Assembly (NCBI GenBank): GCA_964016885.1
Contig: OZ024745.1
Coordinates: forward strand, 112,592,001-112,656,000
Reading direction: 5' to 3'
DNA length: 64,000 bases
From: Eledone cirrhosa
Taxonomy: Eukaryota
Below the pieces are notes generated by a model. The model saw only the letters and a list, made by a program, of their open reading frames with translations, was not told the DNA's origin and did not search any database. The position numbers and the translations under genes were made by a program. This document shows positions 1-15,914 of this stretch, in pieces. Numbering within the stretch: position 1 is the stretch's first letter; each line of letters opens with the position of its first letter.

Positions 1-59
1 CTTTGTATTTGTCCCAATCTTTGATGCCCTGGTGGCAAATAAATAGAAATATATATCAA

Positions 60-480
60 TTACCAAACATTCCCTCTCACTCTATCCATCACTACCAAAC
101 TCTCCCCCTCTCTATATTTATCAGTACACATCTCTATCAATCCTCTCCCTCTATTCATTAACACCAAACTCTCCCCTCTATATCTACTACACGGAACTCT
201 TTCCAATCCCCCTCTATATATCATTTAACACTAAACTCTCCCTCTCTATATATCTACTACACGGAACTCTCTTCCAATCCGCCTCTCTGTATCAATTAAC
301 ACAAAACTCTCCCCCTCTCTATATCTACTACATGGACCTTTTTTTCCAATCCTCATCTCTATATCAATAAACATCAATCTCTCCCTCTCTTTATATTTAA
401 TATACATCACACTCTCCCAACCTTCCTCTCTATATCAATTACCACTCTCTCTATATCTATATCTGTCTCTCACATCTATC
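60..480. repeat. Degenerate pyrimidine-rich minisatellite (~65-70 bp unit)
   Basis: Recurring aacac(c/t/a)aaactctccc...tatatctactacacggaactct...ttccaatcc at ~160, ~227 and ~298. Confidence 0.7.
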
Positions 481-642
481 TCTACATAAAATGTACATGA
501 ATTATAGCACATATACATATAGATGGGTTTTGGTATTTGGGGGAGAAAAATATACTTATTTGGGGGAAGGGGGGAGAAAGGCCACCCTGGCGCCCCCCAG
601 TTCCACCGCCTCTGTGTATGTGTGCAAGTAGCGAATGGCTGG

Positions 643-713
<71 letters not shown>

Positions 714-1262
714 TAGTTGTGGGTGTGCGTGCGTGCGTACGTTTTAGTGTGTGTCTGAATGTTCGTATATGTGTATGCGCGAGTGTCTATGCGTATGTGT
801 GTGTTCAATAACACTGAACACACAGAAGCAATGTTTAAATCAATTACACAAACACAAACAAAGATGTTTGAATCAGGTTGTCACAGGAGAGTTAGAAATA
901 ATTAAAATTGGAAATAGGCAATGTGATAAAGGGTAAAATAATCCGCTGGCTTTGGTAGACAACAACAGGCTTATTTTGGACTTATTAGCCCTCCTCAGCG
1001 AATCATAACAATTTATGTATTTGTTGGATCAATAAGTAGTATGGCATATATGCATCTCCAGAGTTTGGACATAGCCTGTTATGAGAATATAAAGCCAGGG
1101 GGAAATAACCCTGTGATATCATCAACATGGAAATTATATAGTAAAGAAGGTATTAGCACGATTTAATCTAAAAGCATGTTGAATTTAATTAATTAAAATT
1201 GTACCTGTATAGAAGAGAGGTAAACAATGCTGAAGAATACCTTACTCAAATAAACAAAACCA

Positions 1263-1390
<128 letters not shown>

Positions 1391-1451
1391 AGCGTGTGCG
1401 TGTATTTCTGTGAGTGTGTGTTTGTGAGACCGTGAGTGTGTATCATGTCTT

Positions 1452-1634
1452 TAATAATTGTTTCTACTTTTGGCACAAGGCCAGCAATTACCCAGTACAA
1501 TTACTGGTACTTTTATTTTATCGATGAAAGGCAAAGTTAACCTCGGCGGGATTTGAACTCAGACCATAAAGGGACGTAACTCTATGCTGGAAAGCATGGC
1601 GTCCTCCCCCTTCCGGTACTGCCAATCCTTCACC
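1452..1634 (-). mobile_element. tRNA-derived SINE (major family) with 18-bp TSD
   Basis: On the - strand, A-box-like tggcagtaccgg, B-box gagttcaaatcc and body ctttgcctttcat; TSD tatcatgtctttaataat at 1441-1458 and 1635-1652. Confidence 0.85.
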
Positions 1635-1684
1635 TATCATGTCTTTAATAATACGCCTAAAAAACCTGTTCTTCACACCTCCCC

Positions 1685-2685
<1,001 letters not shown>

Positions 2686-3096
2686 TATATACATATATAA
2701 TAAATCCAAGTTATATCTTGCACAAATTTATGAGAAATCCACATGGTTGTTATCAATGTTGACAAAGCAACAGGTTACAAAATATTCTGAATTTCATTTT
2801 TTATTACGATATCAAGAGAAATGAAGAAATATCGTAATATCTTGAATTCATTTGCTAGACGTGTCCACGTTATATTGTTCCAAACGAGAACATTTCTTTT
2901 TTTTTTTTTTTTTTTTTTTTACTGCAGGACTACATATCGTTCCATATCCGTAATTTATTCATTAATTCGTTGAAAAGTTATCGTTCATAGCTGTAGTCTA
3001 TGATATCCCTGAGGATATATCTGTCAAACCAGATGTTGATAACACCTTAGTTAGAATAACATATAACCGGCACAGACACATATATGTATGTATATA

Positions 3097-3250
3097 TGTT
3101 TCTCTTTCTCTTAATTTCGAGTACATTTTTTTGACCGGCCACCTTCCTGGTGGAAAGGTTGTAAACGAAAAGAAATTGTCATCCCTTGAATCGCAAGAAT
3201 GTTATACAAATTTTAAAGGTGCCAGCTATCGTAGCCATTTGTAGTCTATG
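3097..3250 (-). mobile_element. 3' end of R4/Dong-like retrotransposon, family A
   Basis: Reverse complement closely matches ~52428-52580 (ORF end plus 3' UTR); the truncated 5' side abuts (TATG)n. Confidence 0.85.
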
Positions 3251-3402
3251 TATGTATGTATGTATGTATGTATGTATGTATGTATGTATGTATGTATGCA
3301 TGCATGCATGCATGTATGTATGTATGTATGTATGTATGTATGTATGTATGTATGTATGTATGTATGTATGTATGTATGAATGTATGTAAGTATGTATGTA
3401 TG

Positions 3403-4210
3403 TCTAATTCTCTTAACGCTCCCAACAAGCACTATTGAAACTGCACTAAAAGATGTCAAGCCAGATGTAGCATACCTCCAAAGATGTAAATATTATGGAA
3501 GTGTGTCAGTGCTCTTTAAGAGCGAAACTCTGGCACAAAAACACTCGGTGCATCCAATAAAAACGGATCAACACATCTTCTTCCCCACACACATGGGAAG
3601 AAGATCCTACAAAATAAAAATAACCAGGATCCCAGTAGAGGTCAACATATGGTGGATCCTACGCTGCATCCTGAAGAAGGATGAGGACAACCTCCTATCT
3701 GTAGACAGGACAGACCGGCATAACTGGTTTGAGCCTGCATCGAGGTTCTGGTACAAATGAGGCCAGAAAGAGTTAAGAAAATACCGGACAGGATCGTCCT
3801 TGAGGAAGATGTCATCTCCATTTTAGACCTCAGTGCCATAAGTGTGGGAAAACCACACACTTAAAAGCTTTTTGCCCTCTCTTAAACAAACCGAGGACAA
3901 ACAAGGTGTTATTACCAACACCAAAACCCCAACATCAACACTCCAAACCAAACACAACACAAACACCTGCAGCATACAATCCCACACCACCACAGACCAG
4001 AGACAACCACACACAAAATCCAACTGAAAAGTATAAAATAACCCTGCAGTAATGTCCCCCCCCCCCTACTGGGGATTTCAATTGTTATTTTATTATATAT
4101 AGTTTATTGTTATTTATTAATGTTAAAGTTATTTTTATGTAAAACCCTCGCCGTCACGTCTTGTAATGTCCCATGTTTTGTACGCCCCTGTGGCAAATAA
4201 AGAAAGATAT
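3403..4210 (+). mobile_element. Probable decayed L1/Tx1-like non-LTR remnant (ORF1-like piece plus 3' tail)
   Basis: Non-repetitive peptide YLQRCKYYGSVSVLF...MGRRSYKIKITRIP; 3' motif gcccctgtggcaaataaagaaa is shared with window positions ~26-50. Clade assignment is tentative. Confidence 0.4.
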
Positions 4211-4272
4211 ATATATGCATACATCCACACACAAACACAAACGCACGTACACACATACATATACATCTGTGT

Positions 4273-4306
<34 letters not shown>

Positions 4307-4327
4307 TCACGTGTGTATTCAAGTATG

Positions 4328-4376
<49 letters not shown>

Positions 4377-4413
4377 TGATAGATAGGTAGATTAAATCAT
4401 CCTCATCTCTCTA

Positions 4414-4487
<74 letters not shown>

Positions 4488-4582
4488 TACACACTTATAT
4501 ATATAATTATATATATAACGAAGGAAGTGTGGTAAGGAACCAGGTGGACCATAACTCAATACTTATGGTAGTAGTGTGGGTA

Positions 4583-4662
4583 ATAGGAAAATGTTCAAGA
4601 ACCCCCGACGGCAGAGCTCGTCGAAACGGACTGAGCTCTGCCGTCGGGGTCTTGAACATGTT

Positions 4663-4667
<5 letters not shown>
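4583..4667. repeat. GC-rich fold-back hairpin
   Basis: ccccgacggcagagctc (4603-4619) pairs with gagctctgccgtcgggg (4633-4649), extended by atgttcaaga/tcttgaacat and atagg/cctat. Confidence 0.9.
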
Positions 4668-4715
<48 letters not shown>

Positions 4716-4817
4716 ATAATAATAAATTTGAAGACTAAAATCCAAAGAGGGCTCGATAAAGATAAATATATATCAAATATATACGATTATTTGCTTAAAC
4801 TTTAATCTGTTATTTTA

Positions 4818-4896
<79 letters not shown>

Positions 4897-6398
4897 CACT
4901 TATATGCACATATACTATACACATATATATGATTACATACGCCAAGACCTTGATCGTGTTATTGATAGCTAAATCAAACATATTTTAATAACAACACCAA
5001 AATTATAGATTTACTTTTTGAAAATAAGTTTACTATATTTCTTTATGTCATAAATCAAACTGTTATTACTTTGAAATTTAAACAAAATTGAATCCATGTT
5101 TATTCGTAGCAAACATTTAAAATTAATGCTTAACGTGATTATTTTGTTTCTATTTAGTCTTTTGTTTTAAAATTTATACTGTCAACAATCCTTTGCAATA
5201 ATATAGATTTAAATTTGTAACATTCTTCATTCTTCCCGAGTTGCTATAAAATAATGATTTCCTGCCTGGAAAAGATTTTGATTTTAACTGAATTCAATAA
5301 TCTACTAGAGATTTTCAACAGAATTCGCGTAAGAAGATTCTTCAGGCCAAAACAATGCCTTAATTTTATGATGGCGGAGAAATTGTTTGCATTAATTCAG
5401 TTGAGAGAATATAAATGAGTAATTCAGTCGGATCAATATCATATCAATGTTGCCAATGTAAGCTCAGTCAGCTTATATAAAGTGAAGATAGCTTTTAATT
5501 AATAGAAATTTCTGTTCCTTGTAACATTGCGCAAATTGCTCTTTTGTTACTGAGAGATTGTAGTTTAGCACCTTGATTGGCACCCCCGGTCCCACCACAC
5601 CTCGGGAAATTAATGAACTCATCTCTTCTTGTTTATTTCTTTAGTGTTAAGCGTCAAGATTAAATTAGAGACTTGGCACAATTTAATTACACAAAACTAC
5701 AAAGAATAGTATCTAACACAGGCAGAAGACAAGACAATTTCGGGAAAGCGTGTAGTCCATTATATGGATCTTAGTATTTGATTAGTATTTATTTTATGAA
5801 CATTGAAGAGTCTCTACTTTATAGTCCTACGAAACATAACTTAATGTCAAAAAAAAAACAAAAAAAACAAAAACAAAAACAAAGAGGAGACATTAGTTAA
5901 TGTGGTCCTGAATGGGCAAAGTCTGTAAAAGACGGGATGATCTTTTAACCATAGGTTGTTTTCGGTCAGTCTTGATCTGGGGTAAAGAACAAGCTCAGAA
6001 AGTTGAAAGACAAAGTTGACGTAGATAAGATTTTAACTCAGAATATAAGGGATCGTGCCGAAATATCACAAATATGTTTTGCGTTTTACTATTTCTAAAA
6101 ATCATGCTGCCCTAATAATTGTTTCTATTTTAGGCACAAGGCCGTAATAATGGTTTCTCATTTAAGCCAATGCCAACAGTTGTTTTTTTTTTGGGGGGGG
6201 GGGGGATTCGATTAAATCGACCCGGTAAGGATGAAAGGTAAATCTAACCTCAGTGGGATTTAAACTCAGAAGGCAAAGAACTCGAACAAATACTGCTAAG
6301 CATTTGTCCGAAGTTTTAGCAATATATCGCCCTCAATTGTTTTTAATAATTTAGGCACTAGGGCAACAGTTTGAGCGGAGGCAAAGTCGATACACACG

Positions 6399-6491
<93 letters not shown>

Positions 6492-6567
6492 AAATATATG
6501 TGTGTGTATATATATATATTTTATAAATACTTGTAATTGGATGATATTTTATATTACCCACATTTTT

Positions 6568-6624
<57 letters not shown>

Positions 6625-6707
6625 AAGGTATATATTGAGTTAGAAACTCAAAATAGTTTCTTACAATAAAATAGCTCTAAGAAAGAGATTTTTCCGAGCC
6701 GCATATT

Positions 6708-6861
6708 ATAATTGAATATAAAAGAAAAACGAACACAGATATATAAACGAACACAGATATATACATATATGTGTTCAAATCGCAAGGGACCAGATTCGAG
6801 TCTGGTCCCTTGCCATTTGAACACATATATGTATATATCTGTTTTTTCTTTTATATTCAAT

Positions 6862-6864
<3 letters not shown>
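6708..6864. repeat. Near-perfect palindrome (~60-bp arms)
   Basis: 6708-6729 vs 6843-6864, 6754-6780 vs 6815-6841 and 6782-6794 vs 6801-6813 are reverse complements. Confidence 0.9.
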
Positions 6865-6895
<31 letters not shown>

Positions 6896-7041
6896 ATAAT
6901 AATAAATTTGAAGACTAAAATCCCAAAAGGGCTCAATAAGAATAAATATATATCAAATATATATCAAATATAGTTTCAGAAGATCCCGTTAAGGGTGAAA
7001 GCAGCGATTCTTTGCTTAAACTTTAATCTGTTATTTTAATA

Positions 7042-7142
<101 letters not shown>

Positions 7143-7469
7143 ATATATATATATATAATATATATATAAATATACTCACAAAAAACAACAAAAAAACAAA
7201 AACCCAAAAAAAGAACACACGCTCCTCACTCTCCGAACCCTCGAATATGGAAGAGGCGGAGAATGATGATCCTAATGAGTCCCAAATAGTAGAATATGGA
7301 AGCACATGCTATTAGAAAGAGATATCGGACAAGTGAATCTAGTTGCTTGAGCCCTCAAACCCCAAAGTTTAGCAGTATCAAAACTCGAAACCTCCCATCC
7401 CGACACCAAATACCTGACAAAGATATAGCTAAACAATGAAATGAGCTGACAAATTGATACGCCATAAAC

Positions 7470-9005
7470 ACAACCACAACCACAACAACCACCAACACTG
7501 TAGTCACCACCACCACCACACCTACCACCAACACTGTAGCCACCACCACCACCACAACAACCACCAACACTATAGCTACCACCACTGTAGCCACCACCAC
7601 CACAACAACAACAACAACCAACACTGTAGCCACAACCATCACAACAACAACAACAACAACAATAACAACCAAAATCGCAACAACAACAATAACAATCAAA
7701 ACAACAATAATAACAACCAAAACTGCAACAACAACAATAACAGCCAAAACAGCAACAACAATAATAACAACAGCAACAACAATAATAACAACAGCAACAA
7801 CAATAAGAAGAGCAACAACAACAATAACAACAATAACAATACCAACCGCAACAATAACAACCAAAACAACAACAACAACAATAACAACCAAAACAGCAAC
7901 AATAACAATAACAACAACAGTAACAACCAAAACAACAGCAATAAAAATAACAACAACCACAATAAACAACCAAAACAGCAACAACAATAACAACCAAAAC
8001 AGCAACAACAATAAACAACCAAAACAGCAACCAAAACAACAACAACCACAACCAAAACAGCAACAGCAATAAACAACCAAAACAGCAACAACAATAACAA
8101 CCAAAACAACAACAACCACAACCAAAACAGCAACAACAATAAACAACCAAAACAGCAACAACAATAAACAACCAAAACAGCAACAACAATAACAACCAAA
8201 ACAGCAACAACAGTAAACAACCAAAACAACAACAACCACAACCAAAACAGCAACAACAATAACAACCAAAACAGCAACAACAATAAACAACCAAAACAAC
8301 AACAACCACAACCAAAACAGCAACAACAATAACAACCAAAAGCAACCAAAACAGCAACAATAATAACAACCAAAACAGCAACAACAATAACAACCAAAAC
8401 AACAACAACAATAACAACCAAAACAACAACAACCACAACCAAAGCAGCAACAACAATAAACAACCAAAACAGCAACAACAATAAACACAACAACAGCAAA
8501 CAGCAAGAACAACAATAAACACAACAAAACAACATACATCAAGCATCAGCTCAATGGAATTCATCCACATTGTTTTTCGTCCTTATGCTGTTCTATATTA
8601 AAAATGATTGTGGCTGATTGAATGAAAGAAACAGCAGAGAACATTTTTTGTGGTATTTGGGAACGTCCCTTTGAGTTAAAATCTATATAATCGATTATAC
8701 TTTCATGTCCCCAAATTGATGGCCTCTTTCCAATGTAACGAATGTTCACCTCTCTCCTCCCCTCCTCTCCTCCCTTCTTCTTCATCCTCCTCCTCCTCTC
8801 CTCCCTTCTTCTTCATCCTCCTCCTCCTCCTCCTCCTCATCCTCCTCATCCTCCTCCTCCTCCTACTACTACTACTAGTACTACTACTACTGCTGCTGCT
8901 GCTGCTACTTCTACTACTACTACTACTACCACCACCACCACACAACTACTACTACTACTACTACTAATACTACTACTACCACCACCACCACACTACTATT
9001 ACTAT

Positions 9006-9047
<42 letters not shown>

Positions 9048-9055
9048 CACCACCA

Positions 9056-9144
<89 letters not shown>

Positions 9145-9469
9145 TTACCACCACCACCACCACCACACCACCACTACTACTACTACTACAACTACTACCA
9201 CCACCACCACCACTACCACTACTACCACCACCACCACCACCACCACCACCACGACTACTACTACTGCTCTTGCTACTACTACTACTACTGCTACTACCAC
9301 CACCACCACCACCACCTCCACCACCACAACTACTACTACAACTACTAATACTACAACTACTACTACCACCACCACCACCATTAACACTACTACTACTACG
9401 ACGACGACGACCACCACCACCACTACTATTACCACCACCACCACTACTACTACTACTACTACCACCACC

Positions 9470-9501
<32 letters not shown>

Positions 9502-11013
9502 CACCACTACCACCACCACCACCACCACCACAACTACTACTACTAGCACCACCAACCACCACCACCACTACTACTACTACTACCACCACCACTACCACCA
9601 CCACCACCACCACCACCACCACCACTACTACTACCAGCACCACTACCACCACTACTACTACCAACCGTCCTTATCGTTATCTTTATCATTGTCATCATCA
9701 TCACCACCACCATCACCATCACCATCATCACCATCATCATCACCATCACCATCATCACCATCACCATCATCACCATCATCATCACCATCACCATCATCAT
9801 CATCACCATCACCATCACCATCACCATCACCATCATCACCATCACCATCACCATCATCACCATCATCATCACCATCACCATCATCACCATCACCATCACC
9901 ATCATCATCACCACCATCACCATCATCACCATCACCATCATCATCACCACCATCACCATCATCACCATCACCATCACCATCACCACCATCACCACCATCA
10001 CCACCACCATCACCACCACCATCACCATCATCACCATCATCATCATCACCATCACCATCACCATCATCACCATCATCATCACCATCATCATCACCATCAC
10101 CATCACCATCATCACCATCACCATCACCATCACCACCATCACCACCATCACCACCACCATCACCACCACCATCACCATCACCATCATCACCATCACCATC
10201 ATCACCATCATCACCATCACCATCATCACCATCATCACCATCACCATCATCATCATCATCGTCATTCTCTGTTGTTTCCCGATAATATTAACTCAATGAA
10301 AGAAAAATAAATGTGATAAATATACAATATAAAACAAAACAAATGCAACATCAGCAGCAGCAGCACTAACAACAACAGCAGCAACAACAGCAGCAACAAT
10401 AGCAGCAACAATAGCAGCAGCAGCAGCAGCAACAGTAACAGCAACACTGTCTCAAATCAATGGCAACAGCAGCATCAGCAACAACAACAACGCTAACAGC
10501 AGCAACAGCAACAAAACCAACGACAGAAGCAGCACAATCAACAACAACAGCAGCAGTAACACTGCCACAAAACAATAGCAACAGTTGCAGCAGCAGCAGT
10601 AACAGCAACAACACTGCCTCAAAACATCATCATCATCATCGTCATCATCATCATCATCATCATCATCAAGAACAACAGCAGCAGCAGCACCCCAGCAACA
10701 ACTTTGTCTCCAAGCAATAGCATAAACAACACTGCAAGGTTGCATCAACAATATTTCATCACCAACAGCAGCAGCAATAACAACAACAACAACAACAACA
10801 ACAATAACAATAACAACAACAATAACAACAACAGCAACAATGACAACAACAACAACAACAAAAACTATAGCAACAATAACAACAACAGCAACAACAACAA
10901 CAGCAACAGCAACAACAACAGCAACAATAGCAACAACAACAACAACAGCAACAATAGCAACAACAACAACAACAACAACACCGACAACAACAACAACAAC
11001 AATAACAAAACAG

Positions 11014-11047
<34 letters not shown>

Positions 11048-11275
11048 AACAACAACAGCAACAACAGCAACAACAACAAAAAAACAGCAGCAACAACAAC
11101 AACGACTAACAACAACAAAATTCAGTAACAGCAGCCACAGCGATAACAGTAGCCAGAACAACAACAACAGCAACAACAACAATAAAAACAACAACAATAA
11201 CAACAACGACAATAACAACAACAACAATAACAACAACACACTTAGCAGCAGCAGCAGCAGCGGAGGCAGCAATGG
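7470..11275. repeat. Composite trinucleotide field: (AAC/AGC), (TCC), (ACT/ACC), (CAY), with a 24-25 bp higher-order unit
   Basis: Directly visible; unit aacaaccaaaacagcaacaacaat at ~7850-8490; pure CAT/CAC run at ~9693-10259. Confidence 0.95.
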
Positions 11276-11424
11276 AAGCCAGCGAAAAGAAAAGAAAGAT
11301 GTTCAATAGATCCTGTATTGTGTGAAGAAGACTGTGAATATTAAAATATCTGATTAATTTACAGCTTAGGCGAAATATATAAGGATTCTAACGGCAGATT
11401 AGCTAGCTTAATGGATCATGTTGT

Positions 11425-11441
11425 ATACACACATACATACA

Positions 11442-11475
<34 letters not shown>

Positions 11476-11517
11476 CACACATATATATATACATACATAC
11501 ATACATACATACATACA

Positions 11518-11553
<36 letters not shown>

Positions 11554-11719
11554 TATATACATATATATACATACATACATACATACATACAAACATACAT
11601 ACATACATACATACATATACATACATACATACACACATATACATACATACATACATACATACATACATACATACATACACGCATATATATATACATACAT
11701 ACATACATACATACATACA

Positions 11720-11755
<36 letters not shown>

Positions 11756-11765
11756 TACATATACA

Positions 11766-11799
<34 letters not shown>

Positions 11800-11918
11800 C
11801 ATACATACATAATTACATACATACATACACACATATACATACATACATACATACATACATACATACATACATACATACATACATACACACATACATACAC
11901 ACACACACACACACACAT

Positions 11919-11949
<31 letters not shown>

Positions 11950-12203
11950 TACATACATACATACATACATACATACACACATACACACATTCATACATAC
12001 ATACATACATACATACATACACACATACATACATACATACATACATACATACATACATACATACATACATACATACATACATACATACATACATACATAC
12101 ATACACGCCATAGACAATTATATATGTGTGTATGTATGTATTATGTATGTATGCTCTTCTGGTTTTATAATTTCACAATTTTTTATGTATTTATGTATGT
12201 GTG

Positions 12204-12236
<33 letters not shown>

Positions 12237-12291
12237 GTGTGTATATATATATATGTATGTATGTATATATATGTATATATATACACATACA

Positions 12292-12364
<73 letters not shown>

Positions 12365-12419
12365 ACGTATATATATATATATATGTATACGTATATATAT
12401 ATATATATATATACATATG

Positions 12420-12474
<55 letters not shown>

Positions 12475-12508
12475 GTATACGTATATAAATATATATATAT
12501 ATATATAC

Positions 12509-12556
<48 letters not shown>

Positions 12557-12608
12557 CTGTATATATATATATATATGTATACGTATATAAATATATATAT
12601 ATATATAC

Positions 12609-12660
<52 letters not shown>

Positions 12661-12714
12661 TGTGTGTGTGTGTGTATGTATATATATATATATATATATA
12701 TATTTGTGTGTGTG

Positions 12715-12766
<52 letters not shown>

Positions 12767-12794
12767 TATATTTATATACATACATATATGTATA

Positions 12795-12880
<86 letters not shown>
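11425..12880. repeat. (TACA)n followed by (TA)n microsatellite field
   Basis: Directly visible; includes a 3'-terminal scrap of R4 family B (ctggttttataatttcacaa) at ~12159-12178. Confidence 0.95.
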
Positions 12881-12884
<4 letters not shown>

Positions 12885-13595
12885 AGTGAATCGATGAGTG
12901 CGTGTATGTGTATGGCTGTTTGTGCGTATGGTTATGGGTGGTGTGTATGTGTTCTTGTAGAGCTTCATCACACGAAAATCTGACTGGCGCACGGACGCCT
13001 TTATCACTGTGCGTGCTAGATAACTGGAAACTATCGCTAAAATAGCGTGAAATGCGCATGTGCACAAGCACACAGAAACCCCGCACACACAACCCTCGCA
13101 CATACAACCCACGCACATACAACCCACGCACACACAAATACACACACACACTCACACATATATATATATGCACAAACACATACATATTTACACACGATGT
13201 ATAAATATGCACACACTAATGGATAGACGCTCACTCTCCTGAGTTCCTCGCCCTTTAATGGGTGTCATTCGTTTTTCATCCCGCAGAGTGTTCAAAAATC
13301 ACACTTATCACCAAGCAAGCTTGGTGGTATTGCTGTATTAATCGCTGTGACCCGACCATGTAACATGTATTGGGTTACATGTTAGCAGTAACACTTGAGA
13401 TATTACATGGATACATACATGAAGGCCATCTGCTCCATATAAAGCATGGCCACTTCTTGCACGTTATGTCTGTCCCTTCCTGACATATGTGAAACGCTCA
13501 TCCACAAATAATAAAATGAAGTCTCATTTCGTTCTTGTTTCTACTTTAGGTTTGCTTATTGTGTATGTTTAGATGTCACTCCAACCCATCACCTG

Positions 13596-13626
<31 letters not shown>

Positions 13627-13655
13627 TATACATACATAAATACATATATACATAT

Positions 13656-14261
13656 ATGGTGGCTGCCAACTCATTTTGGAGTACGGCCACTACTTTATAT
13701 CCATGTAGGAGAACCCCCAACCAATGCGCTGAACGAGTGTGACTTTTTAGTCCAGCCAGCGACTTGAAAACTCTGGTACAAACACTACACTTGTGACAAT
13801 TATTGACACATAGTGCTGGGCCCATGGTACCACGCGACGACAAGTGCAGAGAGATCTCCAGATATAAAGCAATGCCTGTGTCGTGAAGCTTTTATAGTGA
13901 GCAAAGGCACTGCAGAAAGCCAGTCCCACTCGCTTAACCAAGATGATATTTACCAAAAAGAAGAACAAGTCAACATCATTGGATACCATCAGGGTTGCAG
14001 GTGCTATATCAGAGTTTTCCTTCTCCTAGAATTCTGCCTTGACAAAGGCTAAGGGGTCATCTCTCTCGGTGATTTGGGATGGCCATTGACTCTTAAGAGC
14101 TCTTTTGCTCTTTGACAGGTTTTGTTTTTAGTCCTGCAGGATGTCCAAAGTCACCCTCCTCACCAAGAAACCTTGGTGGCGTTGCCAGTTTAGTCGCCAA
14201 CGACCCGACCATGAGACAGGTTGTACTGGGATACATGTTACCAGTAGCACCAACTGGTGAC
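13656..14261 (-). mobile_element. Full-length ~605-bp non-autonomous RTE-derived (bipartite) element
   Basis: Reverse complement of 49091-49695; carries the RTE-type 5'UTR motif ggagaaggaaaactctga and the C-terminal C2H2 HKCSVCTRVFKSLAGLKSHTRSAH; TATG-type tail. Confidence 0.8.
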
Positions 14262-14358
14262 ATGTATGATGTATATACATACATACATACATACATACAT
14301 ACATGCATAAGCACATTGAGTTACATGTTAATATGTGATATTGATAGTTAAACACAAG

Positions 14359-14538
<180 letters not shown>

Positions 14539-14623
14539 CAAAAGATGGTAAAAAGAGTTCCATGTATTTTATTATGCGCATTTCAAAAATTGCTTTATTG
14601 TGCTACAATAAAACTCACCTCCT

Positions 14624-14810
<187 letters not shown>

Positions 14811-15102
14811 TGACTCCATTTTATTTTGTTTCTACCCATAACTCCTGATGAAGTTGTAGGGGTGCCGCTGTGACGTACAGTGTATCTTAGGCACTTTAAA
14901 CCTGACAGAGCCCATCCCTTCTTCATGTCAGAACATGGTCGATTTCTCCCAGAGAGGGAAAGTGAGAGTGTCTCTTTTATTGCAGACCTATAAAGCTTTA
15001 AAGTTTTATGTATGTATGTATGTATGTATGTATGTATGTATGTATGTATGTATGTATGTATGTATGTATGTATGCATGTATGTATGTATGTATGTATGTA
15101 TG

Positions 15103-15506
15103 AGATGACCCCTTAGCCTTTGTCAAGGCAGAATTCTAGGAGAAGGAAAACTCTGATATAACACTTGCACCCCTGATGGTATCCAATGATGTTGACATGT
15201 TCTTCTTTTGGTAAATATCATCTTGGTTAAGAGAGTGGGACTGGCTTTGTGCAGTGCCTTTGCTCACTATAAAAGCTTCACGGCACAGGCATTGCTTTAT
15301 ATCTGGAGATCTCTGTGCACTTGTCGTCACATGGTACCATGGGCCCAGCACTATGTGTCAATAATTGTCACAAGTGTAGTGTTTGTACCAGAGTTTTCAA
15401 GTCGCTGGCTGGACTAAAAAGTCACATTCGTTCAGCGCATCGGTAGGGGTTCTCCTACATGGATATAAAGTAGTGGCCGTACTCGAAAACGAGTTGGCAG
15501 CCACCA
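15103..15506 (+). mobile_element. 5'-truncated copy of the RTE-derived bipartite element
   Basis: Near identical to ~49290-49695; (TATG)n on both sides; followed by a related 5' piece at ~15528-15660. Confidence 0.85.
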
Positions 15507-15914
15507 TGTATGTATGTATGTATGTATGTGTACAACCCGTCTCATGGTCGGGTCTTCAATGACTAAACCGGCAACCCCACCAAACTTGCTTGGTGAAGAG
15601 GGTGATATTTGGACACCCTGTGTGATGAAATACAAGACCCGGCAAAAGGCATTGCTTGTTCAGGATATTTTACAGGTTCGTGTTGTTGACCGTAGCCTAA
15701 ATGTGCACCAATTTCTGTAATTGGCAAGCGATTGCAATACTCTTTGCAGCGTTTGCAGCCATTATGTATGTATGTATTTATGTATGTATGTACGCGTATG
15801 TATATGTGTTTGTGTATATATGTTTGTGTCAAGGTGTAGGCGTATACATATTTTAATCTACTCTATAAATACATGGTGACTCACCAAGGAGAGTCGTGTA
15901 CTTTTATGGCTAAT

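Noticed and set aside
8742-10310. 522-aa poly-Pro/Thr/His ORF and overlapping Cys/Val/Leu-rich ORFs at 7272-8570
   Set aside because: Trinucleotide repeats open in several frames on both strands; no domain or splice evidence.
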